Positions 29,604 to 40,047 of a stretch of 63,263 nucleotides of DNA are shown one piece after another (within the stretch, counting starts at the first letter, position 1; the number at the start of each line of letters is the position of its first letter). The DNA lies in IMG/VR virus record IMGVR_UViG_3300013885_000001, positions 1 through 63,263 of that record; one strand, written 5' to 3'. Under the pieces are notes generated by a model, which saw nothing but the letters and a program-made list of their open reading frames with translations, did no database searches and was not told the origin of the DNA. Source of the DNA: a virus (lineage: Duplodnaviria > Caudoviricetes). Position numbers and translations under genes: made by a program.

Positions 29604-30448
29604 CTGATATTAAGAAACTAACTAAAAAGGGAGAAGAGGAACAGTTGGCACCTGTGCCATCATCTGGAGTAGTTAATTTTAAACTTGAAGATGTCGTTAG
29701 TAAACTCAAGAGCTTTTATATAGATGAGATCGGTTATTTAGTAGGATCGGTTGTAGTGCATGGTCAGGGGAGAGATGTTGATATTGCTTTGCATGATAGT
29801 GGTTTATCAGATCACTTGAAAGAAGCTATAGAATTCAGATTGTATAGGCAGTTTTCAGGTCTCTTTAATATTCCTTATGATGAGGTTACTGAATACTGCC
29901 ATTTGCATTGGTCTCCGCATCCTTATACTGATCATGTGCCTATATATCGTTTGAAAGTTGAGAAGGTAGAGAATGGTGATATAGTTAGGATGAGCAAGCT
30001 GACGATACTTAGGAAGAGTGATGACAAGCGAATTATAGCTGGTTATGCTTCAGTTATTGCTATTGACCTTGAGAATAATATAGTTACAAAGGAAGCTTTG
30101 GAGAAGGCATTAAAGCGGTTTATGGAAGAGGATAAATATAGAAATGTGATGTATGAGCATGAAGCGGTGCCTATAGGTAGAGTGATAGAGAGCTATGATG
30201 GTCATACTACTCATGTGGATGACAATGGGCTATATATAGTAGTGGAGGTTAGGGATGATCTTAATATAGCGAATAAAATATGGAGAGATATTGAGGATGG
30301 TAACTTAGATGGTTTCTCTATACATGGTGAGGTATTAGTATCTCATGAGCAGAATGGAATTGAAGTAGTTGATGATCTTAACCTCTATGAAATATCTGTT
30401 TGTAAGTCTCCAGTTAATGTATATTCGAGGTTTAAAGTTCTAAAGTAA
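29600..30448 (+). CDS. Nucleotidyltransferase-like domain fused to prohead protease 2
   Basis: LVGS...GRDVDI (Pol-beta-like motif), then IIAGYAS, MYEH, GFSIHG, LYEISVC..PVN. Confidence 0.75.
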   Translation: MTDIKKLTKKGEEEQLAPVPSSGVVNFKLEDVVSKLKSFYIDEIGYLVGSVVVHGQGRDVDIALHDSGLSDHLKEAIEFRLYRQFSGLFNIPYDEVTEYCHLHWSPHPYTDHVPIYRLKVEKVENGDIVRMSKLTILRKSDDKRIIAGYASVIAIDLENNIVTKEALEKALKRFMEEDKYRNVMYEHEAVPIGRVIESYDGHTTHVDDNGLYIVVEVRDDLNIANKIWRDIEDGNLDGFSIHGEVLVSHEQNGIEVVDDLNLYEISVCKSPVNVYSRFKVLK

Positions 30449-30456
30449 TTCAGGGG

Positions 30457-30978
30457 GTGATATTAGATATGGCTGAAGAGGTTATATTAACTCAGGATGA
30501 GGTAGAAGAGGAAGGTGGTATTTCCACATTTGAAGAAAGTAAAGAGAAAGATAAAGATGAGGAGGAGGAGTTAAAGAAGCGGAGTTTGGAGGAGAAGGTT
30601 AAAGATTTAGAGGCAAGAGTAAAAGCCATTGAGGAAATGCTAAGAAAATATCCATTACCATCTAAGTATCCATATCCGCAGAAGAAAGGGGAAGAGAAGA
30701 ACCAAGAGGAGGAAGAAGAAAAACAAAAAAAGAGTTTCGATGAGTGGGCTGACTTTATTACTAAGAGCGTCCAAGATTTGACATCGAGAGACACTAAACA
30801 AATTGAGGAGCTGAAGAAAGCTGTAAGTGAGAGAGATACGAAGATCAAAGAATTATCAGATCGGTTAGAGATTGTGGAGAACAGAAAAATTAGAAAATCA
30901 TTAGCGGGATCTGGAACTGAAGATGATTTAATGTCAACCGATATAATAGTAAAGGATGGTAAGGTATATAGGGAGTGA
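30457..30978 (+). CDS. Capsid scaffolding protein
   Basis: Acidic coiled coil between protease and MCP. Confidence 0.7.
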   Translation: MILDMAEEVILTQDEVEEEGGISTFEESKEKDKDEEEELKKRSLEEKVKDLEARVKAIEEMLRKYPLPSKYPYPQKKGEEKNQEEEEEKQKKSFDEWADFITKSVQDLTSRDTKQIEELKKAVSERDTKIKELSDRLEIVENRKIRKSLAGSGTEDDLMSTDIIVKDGKVYRE

Positions 30979-30984
30979 GGGCAA

Positions 30985-31464
30985 GTGGCAGATATAGCCA
31001 CATTTCCAACTTTGCATGATGTTTTAATTACGGGTGATAATATTCAGTCATTCATAGCTGGATCGGCTATCAAGGCAGGGCAAGTTGTTTCAATGGATAC
31101 GGATGGGCGGGTAGTGTCATCAAAAAGTGATTTGCCAGTAATGGGAGTAGCTTTATATGATGCATCGGAAGGGGATAGAATATCAGTGGCTGTAGTTGGT
31201 TGTTCGGCAAATCTTGTTAATGCGGATGATACTCAAAATATACCATCAGGCGTGGAAGTAAAATCAGATGATAATCAAGTTGGAGGCACCGTCTCTCAAG
31301 CCTCTTTAACATCTCTGAATAAATCTACTGAGTATATAGTTGGAATATCACTTGATGAAATTGGAGGCGGTGATAAAGGTAGAGTGTTCTTAATACCACA
31401 TGTGGCAGCAGGTCCTAATATACCAGTTGCTTATTATCAGGCTGATGTTATTATAGGTAGTTGA
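30985..31464 (+). CDS. Capsid decoration/cement protein 1
   Basis: AGSAIKAGQVV...GVALYDA; immediately upstream of MCP. Confidence 0.7.
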   Translation: MADIATFPTLHDVLITGDNIQSFIAGSAIKAGQVVSMDTDGRVVSSKSDLPVMGVALYDASEGDRISVAVVGCSANLVNADDTQNIPSGVEVKSDDNQVGGTVSQASLTSLNKSTEYIVGISLDEIGGGDKGRVFLIPHVAAGPNIPVAYYQADVIIGS

Positions 31465-31498
31465 AATATTAGATGAGTTAAGAAGGAGGTGATAGTGA

Positions 31499-31945
31499 TT
31501 GGCTGATATTACTACATTTCCAATCATGCATGATGTATTGATAGCAGGTGATAATATACAGTCATTTACAGCAGGTGGAGATATCAAGGCGGGTCAAGTA
31601 GTTGGAATGAATACAAATGGTAAAGTTGTGGCTGCTAAGGATGATCTAGTGGTGTTGGGAGTGGCATTATACGATGCAGCTCAAAATGATAATGTGCTTG
31701 TAGCAAGTTTGGGTTGTATCGTAAATGTTGTGAACGCAGATGATACTGCGGGTATAGATAGTGGCGTTGAGATAAAGTCTAATGCGAATACTGTTGGAGG
31801 AACGGTCTCTTTAGCTTCAAAAACTCTCACTGAGGATGCTTTTGAGTATATAGTGGGAGTGACGGTAACAGCTATACCCGGAAATGGTGTTGGTAGAGCT
31901 ATATTAGTGCCACATGTAGCAGTAGGTCCGAATGTAACTCAATAA
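31499..31945 (+). CDS. Capsid decoration/cement protein 2 (paralog)
   Basis: Clearly alignable with 30985..31464. Confidence 0.7.
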   Translation: MADITTFPIMHDVLIAGDNIQSFTAGGDIKAGQVVGMNTNGKVVAAKDDLVVLGVALYDAAQNDNVLVASLGCIVNVVNADDTAGIDSGVEIKSNANTVGGTVSLASKTLTEDAFEYIVGVTVTAIPGNGVGRAILVPHVAVGPNVTQ

Positions 31946-31975
31946 ATTAGATAGCTAAGTGTAAGGAGGTGATAT

Positions 31976-32947
31976 TTGAGAATGAGTAGGTTTATAGAAC
32001 TAATGAAATATGCATTTGGAGATAATGCAGATAGGAAGAAGATATTGGTTCGGTTACAAAAGAGTAATGATCGAAAAGATATGAGAATCGTAAAGTTATT
32101 ACAAAGTGAGGAGATAGAATCCACTACATTAATTCAGGAGGAAGTATTTAGTACTGTGTTGGAGGGTGCTGAACCAGCGCAGTGTATGCGGGACGCTTTA
32201 CCCATAATAAAAGTAAATACTAATGCTTTAAGGTATGTTGTAGGAGAAGAGGGTGCATATGCTGGTGAAGTAGCGGAAGGTGCAGAGATACCGATCGATA
32301 CTCAAGATTATACTAAGAGAGATTTTACCATTAAGAAAGTCGGCGTGAGACCTCTAATTACTAAAGAGCTTATAGAAGATGGACTGTTTGACGTCATAGA
32401 TTTAGAGCTTAGAAAGGCTGGTGCGAAGATAGAAAATAAGCTTAATAAGGATGCTCTTGAAGAGTTGCTTAACAATGTTGCTAATTCAGTTACTGTAGGA
32501 ACGGCGGATCAACTCAGTGTAGGTGATATAGCAAGTGCGCTTCAGAGTGTAAGAGGTAGCAACTTCCAACCTGATAAGCTAATCTTGTCCTCATTAGGTG
32601 AGGGTACGTTGTTGGCTGATTCTAATCTTGCTTATGTAGCTTATGCTGGAGATAATGCGGCGTTAAGAAGAGGATCTGTTGGAGCATCGCTACTTGGTTT
32701 AACACCTATGGTTACAACTGTAGATGCAAAGGATTCAAGTGGAAATTCTTGGGGTGGAACTGATGCGGGGGATATTCTTGCAATAGTATTAGATGGTGAT
32801 CATGCAGGGGCTACAGCTATGAGACGGGATCTTACAGTTGATAGATACGAAGATCCTATTAGAGATTTAGTCGGTATCTCGATTACTATGAGATATGATG
32901 TTAAATATCTAATGAGTAAAGCAATGTGTAAGATAATAACAACTTGA
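31976..32947 (+). CDS. Major capsid protein (HK97 fold)
   Basis: VAEGAEIP, KKVGVRPLITKELIED, MRYD; size and context. Confidence 0.88.
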   Translation: MRMSRFIELMKYAFGDNADRKKILVRLQKSNDRKDMRIVKLLQSEEIESTTLIQEEVFSTVLEGAEPAQCMRDALPIIKVNTNALRYVVGEEGAYAGEVAEGAEIPIDTQDYTKRDFTIKKVGVRPLITKELIEDGLFDVIDLELRKAGAKIENKLNKDALEELLNNVANSVTVGTADQLSVGDIASALQSVRGSNFQPDKLILSSLGEGTLLADSNLAYVAYAGDNAALRRGSVGASLLGLTPMVTTVDAKDSSGNSWGGTDAGDILAIVLDGDHAGATAMRRDLTVDRYEDPIRDLVGISITMRYDVKYLMSKAMCKIITT

Positions 32948-32952
32948 ACTGA

Positions 32953-33189
32953 ATGATAGGGAAAAGATATAATGCAAGATTGACCGAGTGTCAGAAGATC
33001 CTGTTTCAGTCATTCGAAGAGGATCGACGAGAGGCTCTGCATGATAGGATACTCTTTAGAGATGACGAGCTCGGTAATCTTGGTGTATCTTTCCCACAAG
33101 GTGGTGGTAAAACAAATAGGGACACTTACATAATTGAGAGTTTATTTAAAAAGGAAGAGGTAGATATCAGGAGGATACGGGGTAGATGA
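32953..33189 (+). CDS. Hypothetical virion protein
   Basis: Directly after MCP; ATGA-coupled to the next gene. Confidence 0.55.
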   Translation: MIGKRYNARLTECQKILFQSFEEDRREALHDRILFRDDELGNLGVSFPQGGGKTNRDTYIIESLFKKEEVDIRRIRGR

Positions 33190-33539
33190 TAGAGCTGATT
33201 ATAGATGTAACAGGGCTTGGAAGAATAAGTGAGTTACGCTTTGATGGCTATCTTGATGCAGTGATGTCTTCTGTGGATGCCATCTCAAGATCTGCATTTG
33301 AGACAGAGTATGGAGATACACCATTCATAAATGCTACTGGTAGGTATCATGATGCGGTGCAGTTTGTTAGAGAAAGTAAGACTTACTTTAGAGTTACAGC
33401 GTCCATTGACTACTCTTCTTACTTAGAGTATGGTCATCAGTCATTTGGAGGCTATTTTATCATGACGAGGACAGCTGATAGGATAGCTTCAGAGATATCT
33501 ACCAATCTTCAAAATCTTGCAAATACATATTTTAAATAG
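33186..33539 (+). CDS. HK97 gp10-like neck/tail completion protein
   Basis: TP...TGRY...YSSYLEYG. Confidence 0.6.
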   Translation: MIELIIDVTGLGRISELRFDGYLDAVMSSVDAISRSAFETEYGDTPFINATGRYHDAVQFVRESKTYFRVTASIDYSSYLEYGHQSFGGYFIMTRTADRIASEISTNLQNLANTYFK

Positions 33540-33551
33540 AAGGGGTGGATA

Positions 33552-33980
33552 GTGTATTATCAAAAACTAAAAGCAGTAGTAGATTATCTTAAGAGTAGCT
33601 TTGAGGAATTATCAGACATTCAAGAGATAGGAACAAAGTTGAGATTAGCTGAGAAAAATTATCTATTCCCAAGAATAGACATCTTGCCAGAGAGAGAAGT
33701 GATCAGAGAGGAGAAGATACACAATGGGGAGCGTCTATGCACTTTTACACTCAGGATAGTTCCTGCTTTGAAGTCCTATAATGAAATTAAAGGGAGTTTA
33801 GATTTACTTAAGTTAACGGGAGATGTATATGATAAAATATATGATAAGAGACGGGATTTTATCAAGCGAGGAATAGGAGACGATATATATGTAGATACAA
33901 TTGAAAATCATTACTTCAAAGGTAATAATTTCGTTCTCTATCTCTCATCAATTATGTTAATTTGTGAGTTGAGATTTTAA
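33552..33980 (+). CDS. Putative tail terminator
   Basis: Size and position before the tail tube genes. Confidence 0.5.
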   Translation: MYYQKLKAVVDYLKSSFEELSDIQEIGTKLRLAEKNYLFPRIDILPEREVIREEKIHNGERLCTFTLRIVPALKSYNEIKGSLDLLKLTGDVYDKIYDKRRDFIKRGIGDDIYVDTIENHYFKGNNFVLYLSSIMLICELRF

Positions 33981-34002
33981 AAATGGATAAGGAGGTGAAG
34001 AA

Positions 34003-34449
34003 GTGGGATCGGTTAGGAAAGGTTGGGAAGGAGAAATTAGAATGTCCTCCACTGAATTAGGGTTATCTGGTGCAGCACCTGTTTATGTTCAAGAGTTCTC
34101 AATTACAGAAGAGACAGGTACGGAACCAAAGTTTGTGATTGGTAAGCGGTCACCTCATGCATTACTTGAGAGTCCGTCTGTTATCACTGGTTCGTTTACG
34201 AAACCATTTGAGGATACTACATTTGCTAATAAGTTGGGCATTCAATCATCAGGAGAGATTACTGATCCAGAGAAGTTTGTGCTTGGGGTGTTCCCTCAGG
34301 GTTTTGGTGATGGGAATGATGCATTAATCATCGATGATGTCATGGTAACGTCTTGGGGTGTAGATGTCGGTCCCGATGACGTTACAGAAGAGTCTGTAGA
34401 TTGGATGGGTAAGAATGTTAGATGGAAATTCTGTGAGCAGATAATCTGA
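34003..34449 (+). CDS. Tail tube protein 1
   Basis: VRKGWEG..., ITGSFT, WGVDV; paralog of the next gene. Confidence 0.6.
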   Translation: MGSVRKGWEGEIRMSSTELGLSGAAPVYVQEFSITEETGTEPKFVIGKRSPHALLESPSVITGSFTKPFEDTTFANKLGIQSSGEITDPEKFVLGVFPQGFGDGNDALIIDDVMVTSWGVDVGPDDVTEESVDWMGKNVRWKFCEQII

Positions 34450-34460
34450 GGAGGTGAAAG

Positions 34461-35147
34461 ATGACAGTTCGTAAAGGTTGGGAGGCAGAGATCACACTAT
34501 CAAAAATAGGATCAGAAGGTCCTCCTACTGAGTATGGAATAGTTAAAGAGGTACTTGCGTCGTCTTTAGGAACGGATGTTCAAGGCGGTGTTGCCTACAC
34601 TGCTGTTTATCCTGTTGTGGATTTTAGTGGGGATGTAATTACAAGTAATAATCAAGTAGAGGTATATCATAATGGCACACTCTCTCCACCAGCATCTGGG
34701 GAATATACAATCTCAGGAACTAATGGAAGGGTTGAATTAGCAGCACCCAATCAATGGACAGGTGAAAAACTTGAGATAAGTTACAATTACAAGAGAACGG
34801 TAGGTTATGCTCAAGGTTTATCGTGGGAAGTATCGGCTGCCTCTGATCCTGTAACAGTGATAGGACAGAAAGATCCTAAAGAAGTTGTACCAGGCAGGGC
34901 AGAAATTACGGGTACTGTTGATGAGTTTTTTGTAGACAGGAGATTATTCCAACAAGCAGATAAGGCGGTTCAGGGGCAATTAGTAGAATTTGATATGGAT
35001 GTAGTTGATAATCCTGATGCAGCTAATCCAATATATGTTAAGTTTGAGAAAGTTAAATTTGGAACTTGGAATTATGATATGAGTGCGGATGGGTTCACTG
35101 CCAACAACACAGACTTTACAGCGAGGAATATGCTTATATCACAATGA
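34461..35147 (+). CDS. Tail tube protein 2 with an inserted beta-rich domain
   Basis: VRKGWEA..., ITGTVD, WNYDM; ~90-aa insertion. Confidence 0.6.
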   Translation: MTVRKGWEAEITLSKIGSEGPPTEYGIVKEVLASSLGTDVQGGVAYTAVYPVVDFSGDVITSNNQVEVYHNGTLSPPASGEYTISGTNGRVELAAPNQWTGEKLEISYNYKRTVGYAQGLSWEVSAASDPVTVIGQKDPKEVVPGRAEITGTVDEFFVDRRLFQQADKAVQGQLVEFDMDVVDNPDAANPIYVKFEKVKFGTWNYDMSADGFTANNTDFTARNMLISQ

Positions 35148-35691
35148 GTAGGGCTGAGGAATATCGGGCATCTTTATATGTTGATGTTAAGTTACCGTCT
35201 GGGTTCACATTTAAGGTAAGAAAAGTGGGTCCTCTTGCGGTAGCGAGGATAATGAGTGAGCATAATCTGACTGTTGATCAAATCAATGAGGGATCTATGG
35301 AGTTTAATATAGCTTTTTTAGAGTATGCGGTTGTTGACCCTAAGCTTGTCTCTTCAGATCCTAAAGATGATGAGCTACAGGTTGAAGATCTAACTAATGA
35401 AGATGTTAAGTTCCTTCTTAATAAGATCATAGATATATCAGGGTTGAGCAGTGATAAGAACCCTTTGCAGAAACAGAAATAGGGAGAGCAGTAGCCAATA
35501 TAGCGTTTACCTTTCATCAGAGACCGTCTGATATAATAGATCCACATTATGAAATGACGGATTTTGAACGGCTTATGTTTGATCTTGAGTGCATAAGGAT
35601 TTTAAATCAGGAAACAAAAAGAGCTGAGAAAGGGAGTGTGAGTTTGGAAGAGAAAATTAAAGAGTTGAGAGCGAGAAGGGGAGAGGTATAA
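35144..35691 (+). CDS. Tail assembly chaperone (stop 35482) with -1 frameshift-extended product to 35691
   Basis: In-phase slippery site C CCT TTG at 35461-35467; -1 frame open to a TAA overlapping the TMP ATG. Confidence 0.8.
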
Positions 35692-38579
35692 TGCCAGAGG
35701 TTACTATAGATATAAATGCAAAGGATAACTCAAGGTTGGCAATTGGCTCATGTATAGATGGGTTTAAGAAGCTTGGGTCTGAAGTAGCTTCGGTAGCGTC
35801 TGGTGCATCGGGTGCACTTGCTGGGATAGCACATTCATTTGGTCCTATAGTGGCAGGAATAGGAGTGGTTGTGGCAGCAGTGGGAAGCCTCAAAGTGGCT
35901 TTCGATCAAACTAGGGATTGTGTCAGCATATTCAGAGAGTTTGATGATGTAATGGTATCAGTAGCTAAGACTACAGGAATGACTGCAGACGAAATGGAAG
36001 TTTTACGAGAAGGAATTTTAGAGATTGCTAATACTGCACCGATGAGTGCGGAAGCAATTGGAGAAATTGCAGTTAAGGCTGGTCAGTTAGGCATAGAAGG
36101 TGCTGAGAATATAGCTAAGTTTACTGAAACTGTAATGCAATTAAGCGTGGCTTGTGATATGAGTGCAGAGAAGGCTGCTGAAGCATTTGGTAAATTGGCG
36201 TCTATATTCGAGTTAACTACTGAAGACGTATACGGTTTAGGCTCATCTATTAATGAGATGGCAAATACTACAGCAGCATCAGCAGATCAGATTATAGACG
36301 CTATGGTAAGAGCCTCATCATCATTTGCATTATTGGATGATGAGCCTGAGAAGCTTGCGGCTATTGCAGCTACTTTAGTATCAGTATCTGAATCTGGAGA
36401 GAGAGCTGGTACAAGATTGAGGGGCGTGTTTGAGAGATTAGCATCTGATTCTGATAAGTTAGCTGAACGTTTGGGAATGGTTGGAGAACAATTTAGACAA
36501 GCTATTGAAGAGGATGCTGTTGGTGCGTTAATGATGTTACTTGAATACTATGCATCGATAGAGAATGAGACAGAAAGAATGGCACAAATACAAGAGGACT
36601 GGGGCAGAACAGCGGGAACAGCTATATCTCAGTTAGTTGAACACTACGATAAGTTACAAGGTAGAATTCAGATATGTGGCGAAGAGATGGAGACTGGTAG
36701 ATCGCTTATGGAAGAATATGCCACAGTAGTGGCATCTTTCGGAGCACAGTTGGATATTCTTGGAGGTCAGTTTGAGAACATTAAGATGCAAATTGGTGAG
36801 GCACTTGCACAGCCTCTCTCAGAAGTAGTGTCTATAATTATGGATGAGTTAGTTCCAGCCTTTCAGTCTTTTGCAGATTTGATTAGTAGCATTGATTTCT
36901 CTCCTATTGTGACAGGTATTCAAGAAATCATAAGTGTTATATCTCATTTATTAGGTGCAGTATCAGAATGTGAGGATGCGGCACAGATAATTGTTAATAT
37001 TATTGGTTACATAATAGAAGCATTTGCTACGTTACTGAAAGTGATAGCTACTGTAGCTGAAGCATTTTTAACAGTAGCTGATGCAGCATCTACGTTTTAT
37101 AAATCACTTCGAGGGGGAGAAGGTGTAATAGCATCTCTTGCGGCATCTGGTGGAAGACTAAAGGAGGGGTTATCAGGTATTAAAGATCTATGGATAGATG
37201 TAGGTGAAAGCGTTGATGATGTTAATAATAAAATGAGTGATGCTGTTAATAATTTAGATGGTATAGGTAGTAAAGCAGATGAAGCTAAGGAACCCATACA
37301 CGGACTGACAGAATCTCTTAATAACATACCTGAAAAGAAAGACATTGAGATAGAAGTAAAGCCTATTGATGAATCTAACATATCTGATCTACAGACAAAG
37401 CTATCAGAGATTACAGGGAGGGAAGTTAACATAGAGTGTGTAGTGACTAATGAGGAGAGGATTAAAGAATTAGCTGATTACGTAGAAGGTTTAACAGGTA
37501 AGTCTATAGGTCTTACTGTAGAGATGACTGATGAGGAGAAGTTAGAAGCTATTAGACAGCATCTGGAAGAGGTTACAGGTCAAGATTGGATTATAAATGT
37601 AGAAGTTGATACCATAGGTGCAGGAGATCTTAATAATGTAGAAAACATGATATCTTCTCTGATGGGGAGAAAAATAGAGATAGGTGTTGAGTTTACTGAA
37701 GAGGAGAAGCTTGAGATCATAAATCAAAGAATAGAGGAGATGACTGGTAAGCCTATTGAACTTTCTGTTGAAATGACAGGTGCTGAGAAGTTACGTGCTT
37801 TAGAAGAGCATCTTGAAAGCATTACTGGTAAAGAGATAGTGATTAATCCTCATGTTGATATGGAAGAACTATATGAGTATAATGATTTTCTACGAGGCAT
37901 TGAAGACAAGGTTGTAAATGTTGCTGCTAATGTTGTTGGAGAAGAAAATGCTGAGAAGCTGAAGAACGTATTAGATGGTATAGTTGATAAGAAGGTTGAG
38001 GCACGTATGGAAGTGCTTGGCATTGAACAAGTAGATGATATTGATAATAAGTTGGCTGATCTTAGAACATTTGGAGATATCCCAATCCAGTTACAAGTTG
38101 AAGGTAAAGAAGAAATAGAAGATCTTGATAGAGATTTGACTGATGCTCAGATAAGAGCAGAAGAAGGAGTAGAAGTTGAGATTCCACCTATGGAAGTCCC
38201 TCAACCAGAGCCTGTTGAGATTAAAACTGAAGTAGATACAGTAACCTGTAGAGACATATGTCCAGAGAGTTGTAAAGTTAAAGTTGAGACTGAGGTTGAG
38301 GAGATCGAGGGCATGAGAACTGGCGGGTTAGTAAGAAAAGAGGGTATTTACTATCTACATAAAGGAGAGAGAGTGGTGCCTAACGGCATTCGGAGTTTTC
38401 AGCATGGTGGTTATGTGCCAAGAAACACCTTAGCATATCTACACAGAGGAGAGTATGTTATACCCAAAAGAGCGAATAGAAGTATGAATGTTAATTTCAG
38501 TCCAGTCATTGAAAAGGATGTTGATGTGGATAGAGTTATTGATGCTCTTATGAGAAGATTGGAGATGGTAGTAGTATGA
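35691..38579 (+). CDS. Tail tape measure protein (TP901-like)
   Basis: FDDVM..VAKTTG, AGQLGI, GERAGT; long helical ORF after the chaperone. Confidence 0.9.
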   Translation: MPEVTIDINAKDNSRLAIGSCIDGFKKLGSEVASVASGASGALAGIAHSFGPIVAGIGVVVAAVGSLKVAFDQTRDCVSIFREFDDVMVSVAKTTGMTADEMEVLREGILEIANTAPMSAEAIGEIAVKAGQLGIEGAENIAKFTETVMQLSVACDMSAEKAAEAFGKLASIFELTTEDVYGLGSSINEMANTTAASADQIIDAMVRASSSFALLDDEPEKLAAIAATLVSVSESGERAGTRLRGVFERLASDSDKLAERLGMVGEQFRQAIEEDAVGALMMLLEYYASIENETERMAQIQEDWGRTAGTAISQLVEHYDKLQGRIQICGEEMETGRSLMEEYATVVASFGAQLDILGGQFENIKMQIGEALAQPLSEVVSIIMDELVPAFQSFADLISSIDFSPIVTGIQEIISVISHLLGAVSECEDAAQIIVNIIGYIIEAFATLLKVIATVAEAFLTVADAASTFYKSLRGGEGVIASLAASGGRLKEGLSGIKDLWIDVGESVDDVNNKMSDAVNNLDGIGSKADEAKEPIHGLTESLNNIPEKKDIEIEVKPIDESNISDLQTKLSEITGREVNIECVVTNEERIKELADYVEGLTGKSIGLTVEMTDEEKLEAIRQHLEEVTGQDWIINVEVDTIGAGDLNNVENMISSLMGRKIEIGVEFTEEEKLEIINQRIEEMTGKPIELSVEMTGAEKLRALEEHLESITGKEIVINPHVDMEELYEYNDFLRGIEDKVVNVAANVVGEENAEKLKNVLDGIVDKKVEARMEVLGIEQVDDIDNKLADLRTFGDIPIQLQVEGKEEIEDLDRDLTDAQIRAEEGVEVEIPPMEVPQPEPVEIKTEVDTVTCRDICPESCKVKVETEVEEIEGMRTGGLVRKEGIYYLHKGERVVPNGIRSFQHGGYVPRNTLAYLHRGEYVIPKRANRSMNVNFSPVIEKDVDVDRVIDALMRRLEMVVV

Positions 38580-39535
38580 ATCTTAATGTATGGGGTCTTA
38601 CAGAGACAAGAGATGATGATAGAGGCAGTTATGAACAGTTTGGAGGTCTATGGAGAGGAGATTTTCGGACAGATGATAAGTATATCTTCTGTGGACATAA
38701 TGCAAGTAGGCTATCCAGATATTTTTATCATGTTAGGTGGAAGCTTCCAGTGTTTAGGAGTAGCACAATAAACTCTGCTATTATTAAGTCATTTTGTATA
38801 GGACCAGGTCCTTTGGAAGATCCACGTAACTCATCTCCAGACTTTAATGTAAAAGTTTACTATGAGTCATCAGATGATGGTGTATCCTTAGCTTATGGAA
38901 CTCGTAGGGATTGGAGCACATCATATGTAACATGGTGGATGAGCGAGGCGAATGACTTTGGTATGTATGAATGGGTTAACTCTCCTGATATAAAATCATT
39001 AGTCCAAGAGCTTGTTAATAGAGATGGATGGAAATACAATAATCATATGGTAGTTAGATATGATCCTTATGATGCTAATGATGAAATATGGGCATTTGCA
39101 GCATATGACTTTGGTATGCAAAAGGGAAGAGGCTCATCAAGGCTTGAAGTTAACTACACTATTAAAGGAACTAAACTAACTGAAACTCTAATATTGACAG
39201 ATGCACCAAGTGTTGAGGGAGAAGCTCCACCACCTTTGAATGCTGTATACTTAGATAATATAATGTTACATCCTACTGTAAGAGACTATGTCACTTCAGA
39301 TAAGTATGAAGAGGATGTTCGAGTAAGTATACTTCCTGATGAGTTTACACTTGAAGATGCAATCACCTTTGATGAGGCAAGACAGCTGTTGAGCAAAGCA
39401 GGTAAGAATGTTCCAGTATGGTATTATGGTAGGTCTTATAATTGTATCGTGTCTGATCTGGAAATAGAATATGGTAAAGATTTTGCACTTGTGAATATCA
39501 GTTTAGTTAATACAAATAAGAGGAAGAAAGTATGA
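38576..39535 (+). CDS. Tail protein with adhesin-like domain
   Basis: WVNSPDIKSLVQELVNRDGWKYNN shared with 27936 and 45123. Confidence 0.55.
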   Translation: MNLNVWGLTETRDDDRGSYEQFGGLWRGDFRTDDKYIFCGHNASRLSRYFYHVRWKLPVFRSSTINSAIIKSFCIGPGPLEDPRNSSPDFNVKVYYESSDDGVSLAYGTRRDWSTSYVTWWMSEANDFGMYEWVNSPDIKSLVQELVNRDGWKYNNHMVVRYDPYDANDEIWAFAAYDFGMQKGRGSSRLEVNYTIKGTKLTETLILTDAPSVEGEAPPPLNAVYLDNIMLHPTVRDYVTSDKYEEDVRVSILPDEFTLEDAITFDEARQLLSKAGKNVPVWYYGRSYNCIVSDLEIEYGKDFALVNISLVNTNKRKKV

Positions 39536-39924
39536 AGTTTAAGATAATCTACAGAGATAGAGAGATAGAAGCTCATAACTTGATCACCGATAGGGGATAT
39601 GAAGAATATGCTGCAAGGTTAGGATGTGGATCATCAGAATTACCATTCACCTACATAGCAATTGGAACAGACACTACTCCTCCATCTCCAGATGATACAT
39701 CACTGGGTAATGAGCTTGTGAGGACTGAATCACTATATTCATATACAAGTAAGGCTTTTGAGCTTGTTGCACAATTCATAGCTGGATCAGGAACTGGATC
39801 AATAACGGAAGCTGGTATATTTAATTCAGACTATGGTGGAACGATGTGTGCTCGAGCTACTTTTGATCCTATCAATAAAACTGAAACTGATGATCTTGTT
39901 ATAATATGGACACAGAACCTATAA
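39532..39924 (+). CDS. Tail fibre/baseplate-associated protein
   Basis: YIAIGTDTTPP..DTSLGNE...ITEAGIFN. Confidence 0.6.
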   Translation: MKFKIIYRDREIEAHNLITDRGYEEYAARLGCGSSELPFTYIAIGTDTTPPSPDDTSLGNELVRTESLYSYTSKAFELVAQFIAGSGTGSITEAGIFNSDYGGTMCARATFDPINKTETDDLVIIWTQNL

Positions 39925-40047
39925 AGTATAGTAGGTTTTGTTCTCTATTGATGAAATTAGCGAGAATATCGCAAGGTAAATATGACAGTAATATTAAATG
40001 TAATGGAGAGTGTTTAGAGTGGGTTTATGCTTGTCTATTAATGCAAT

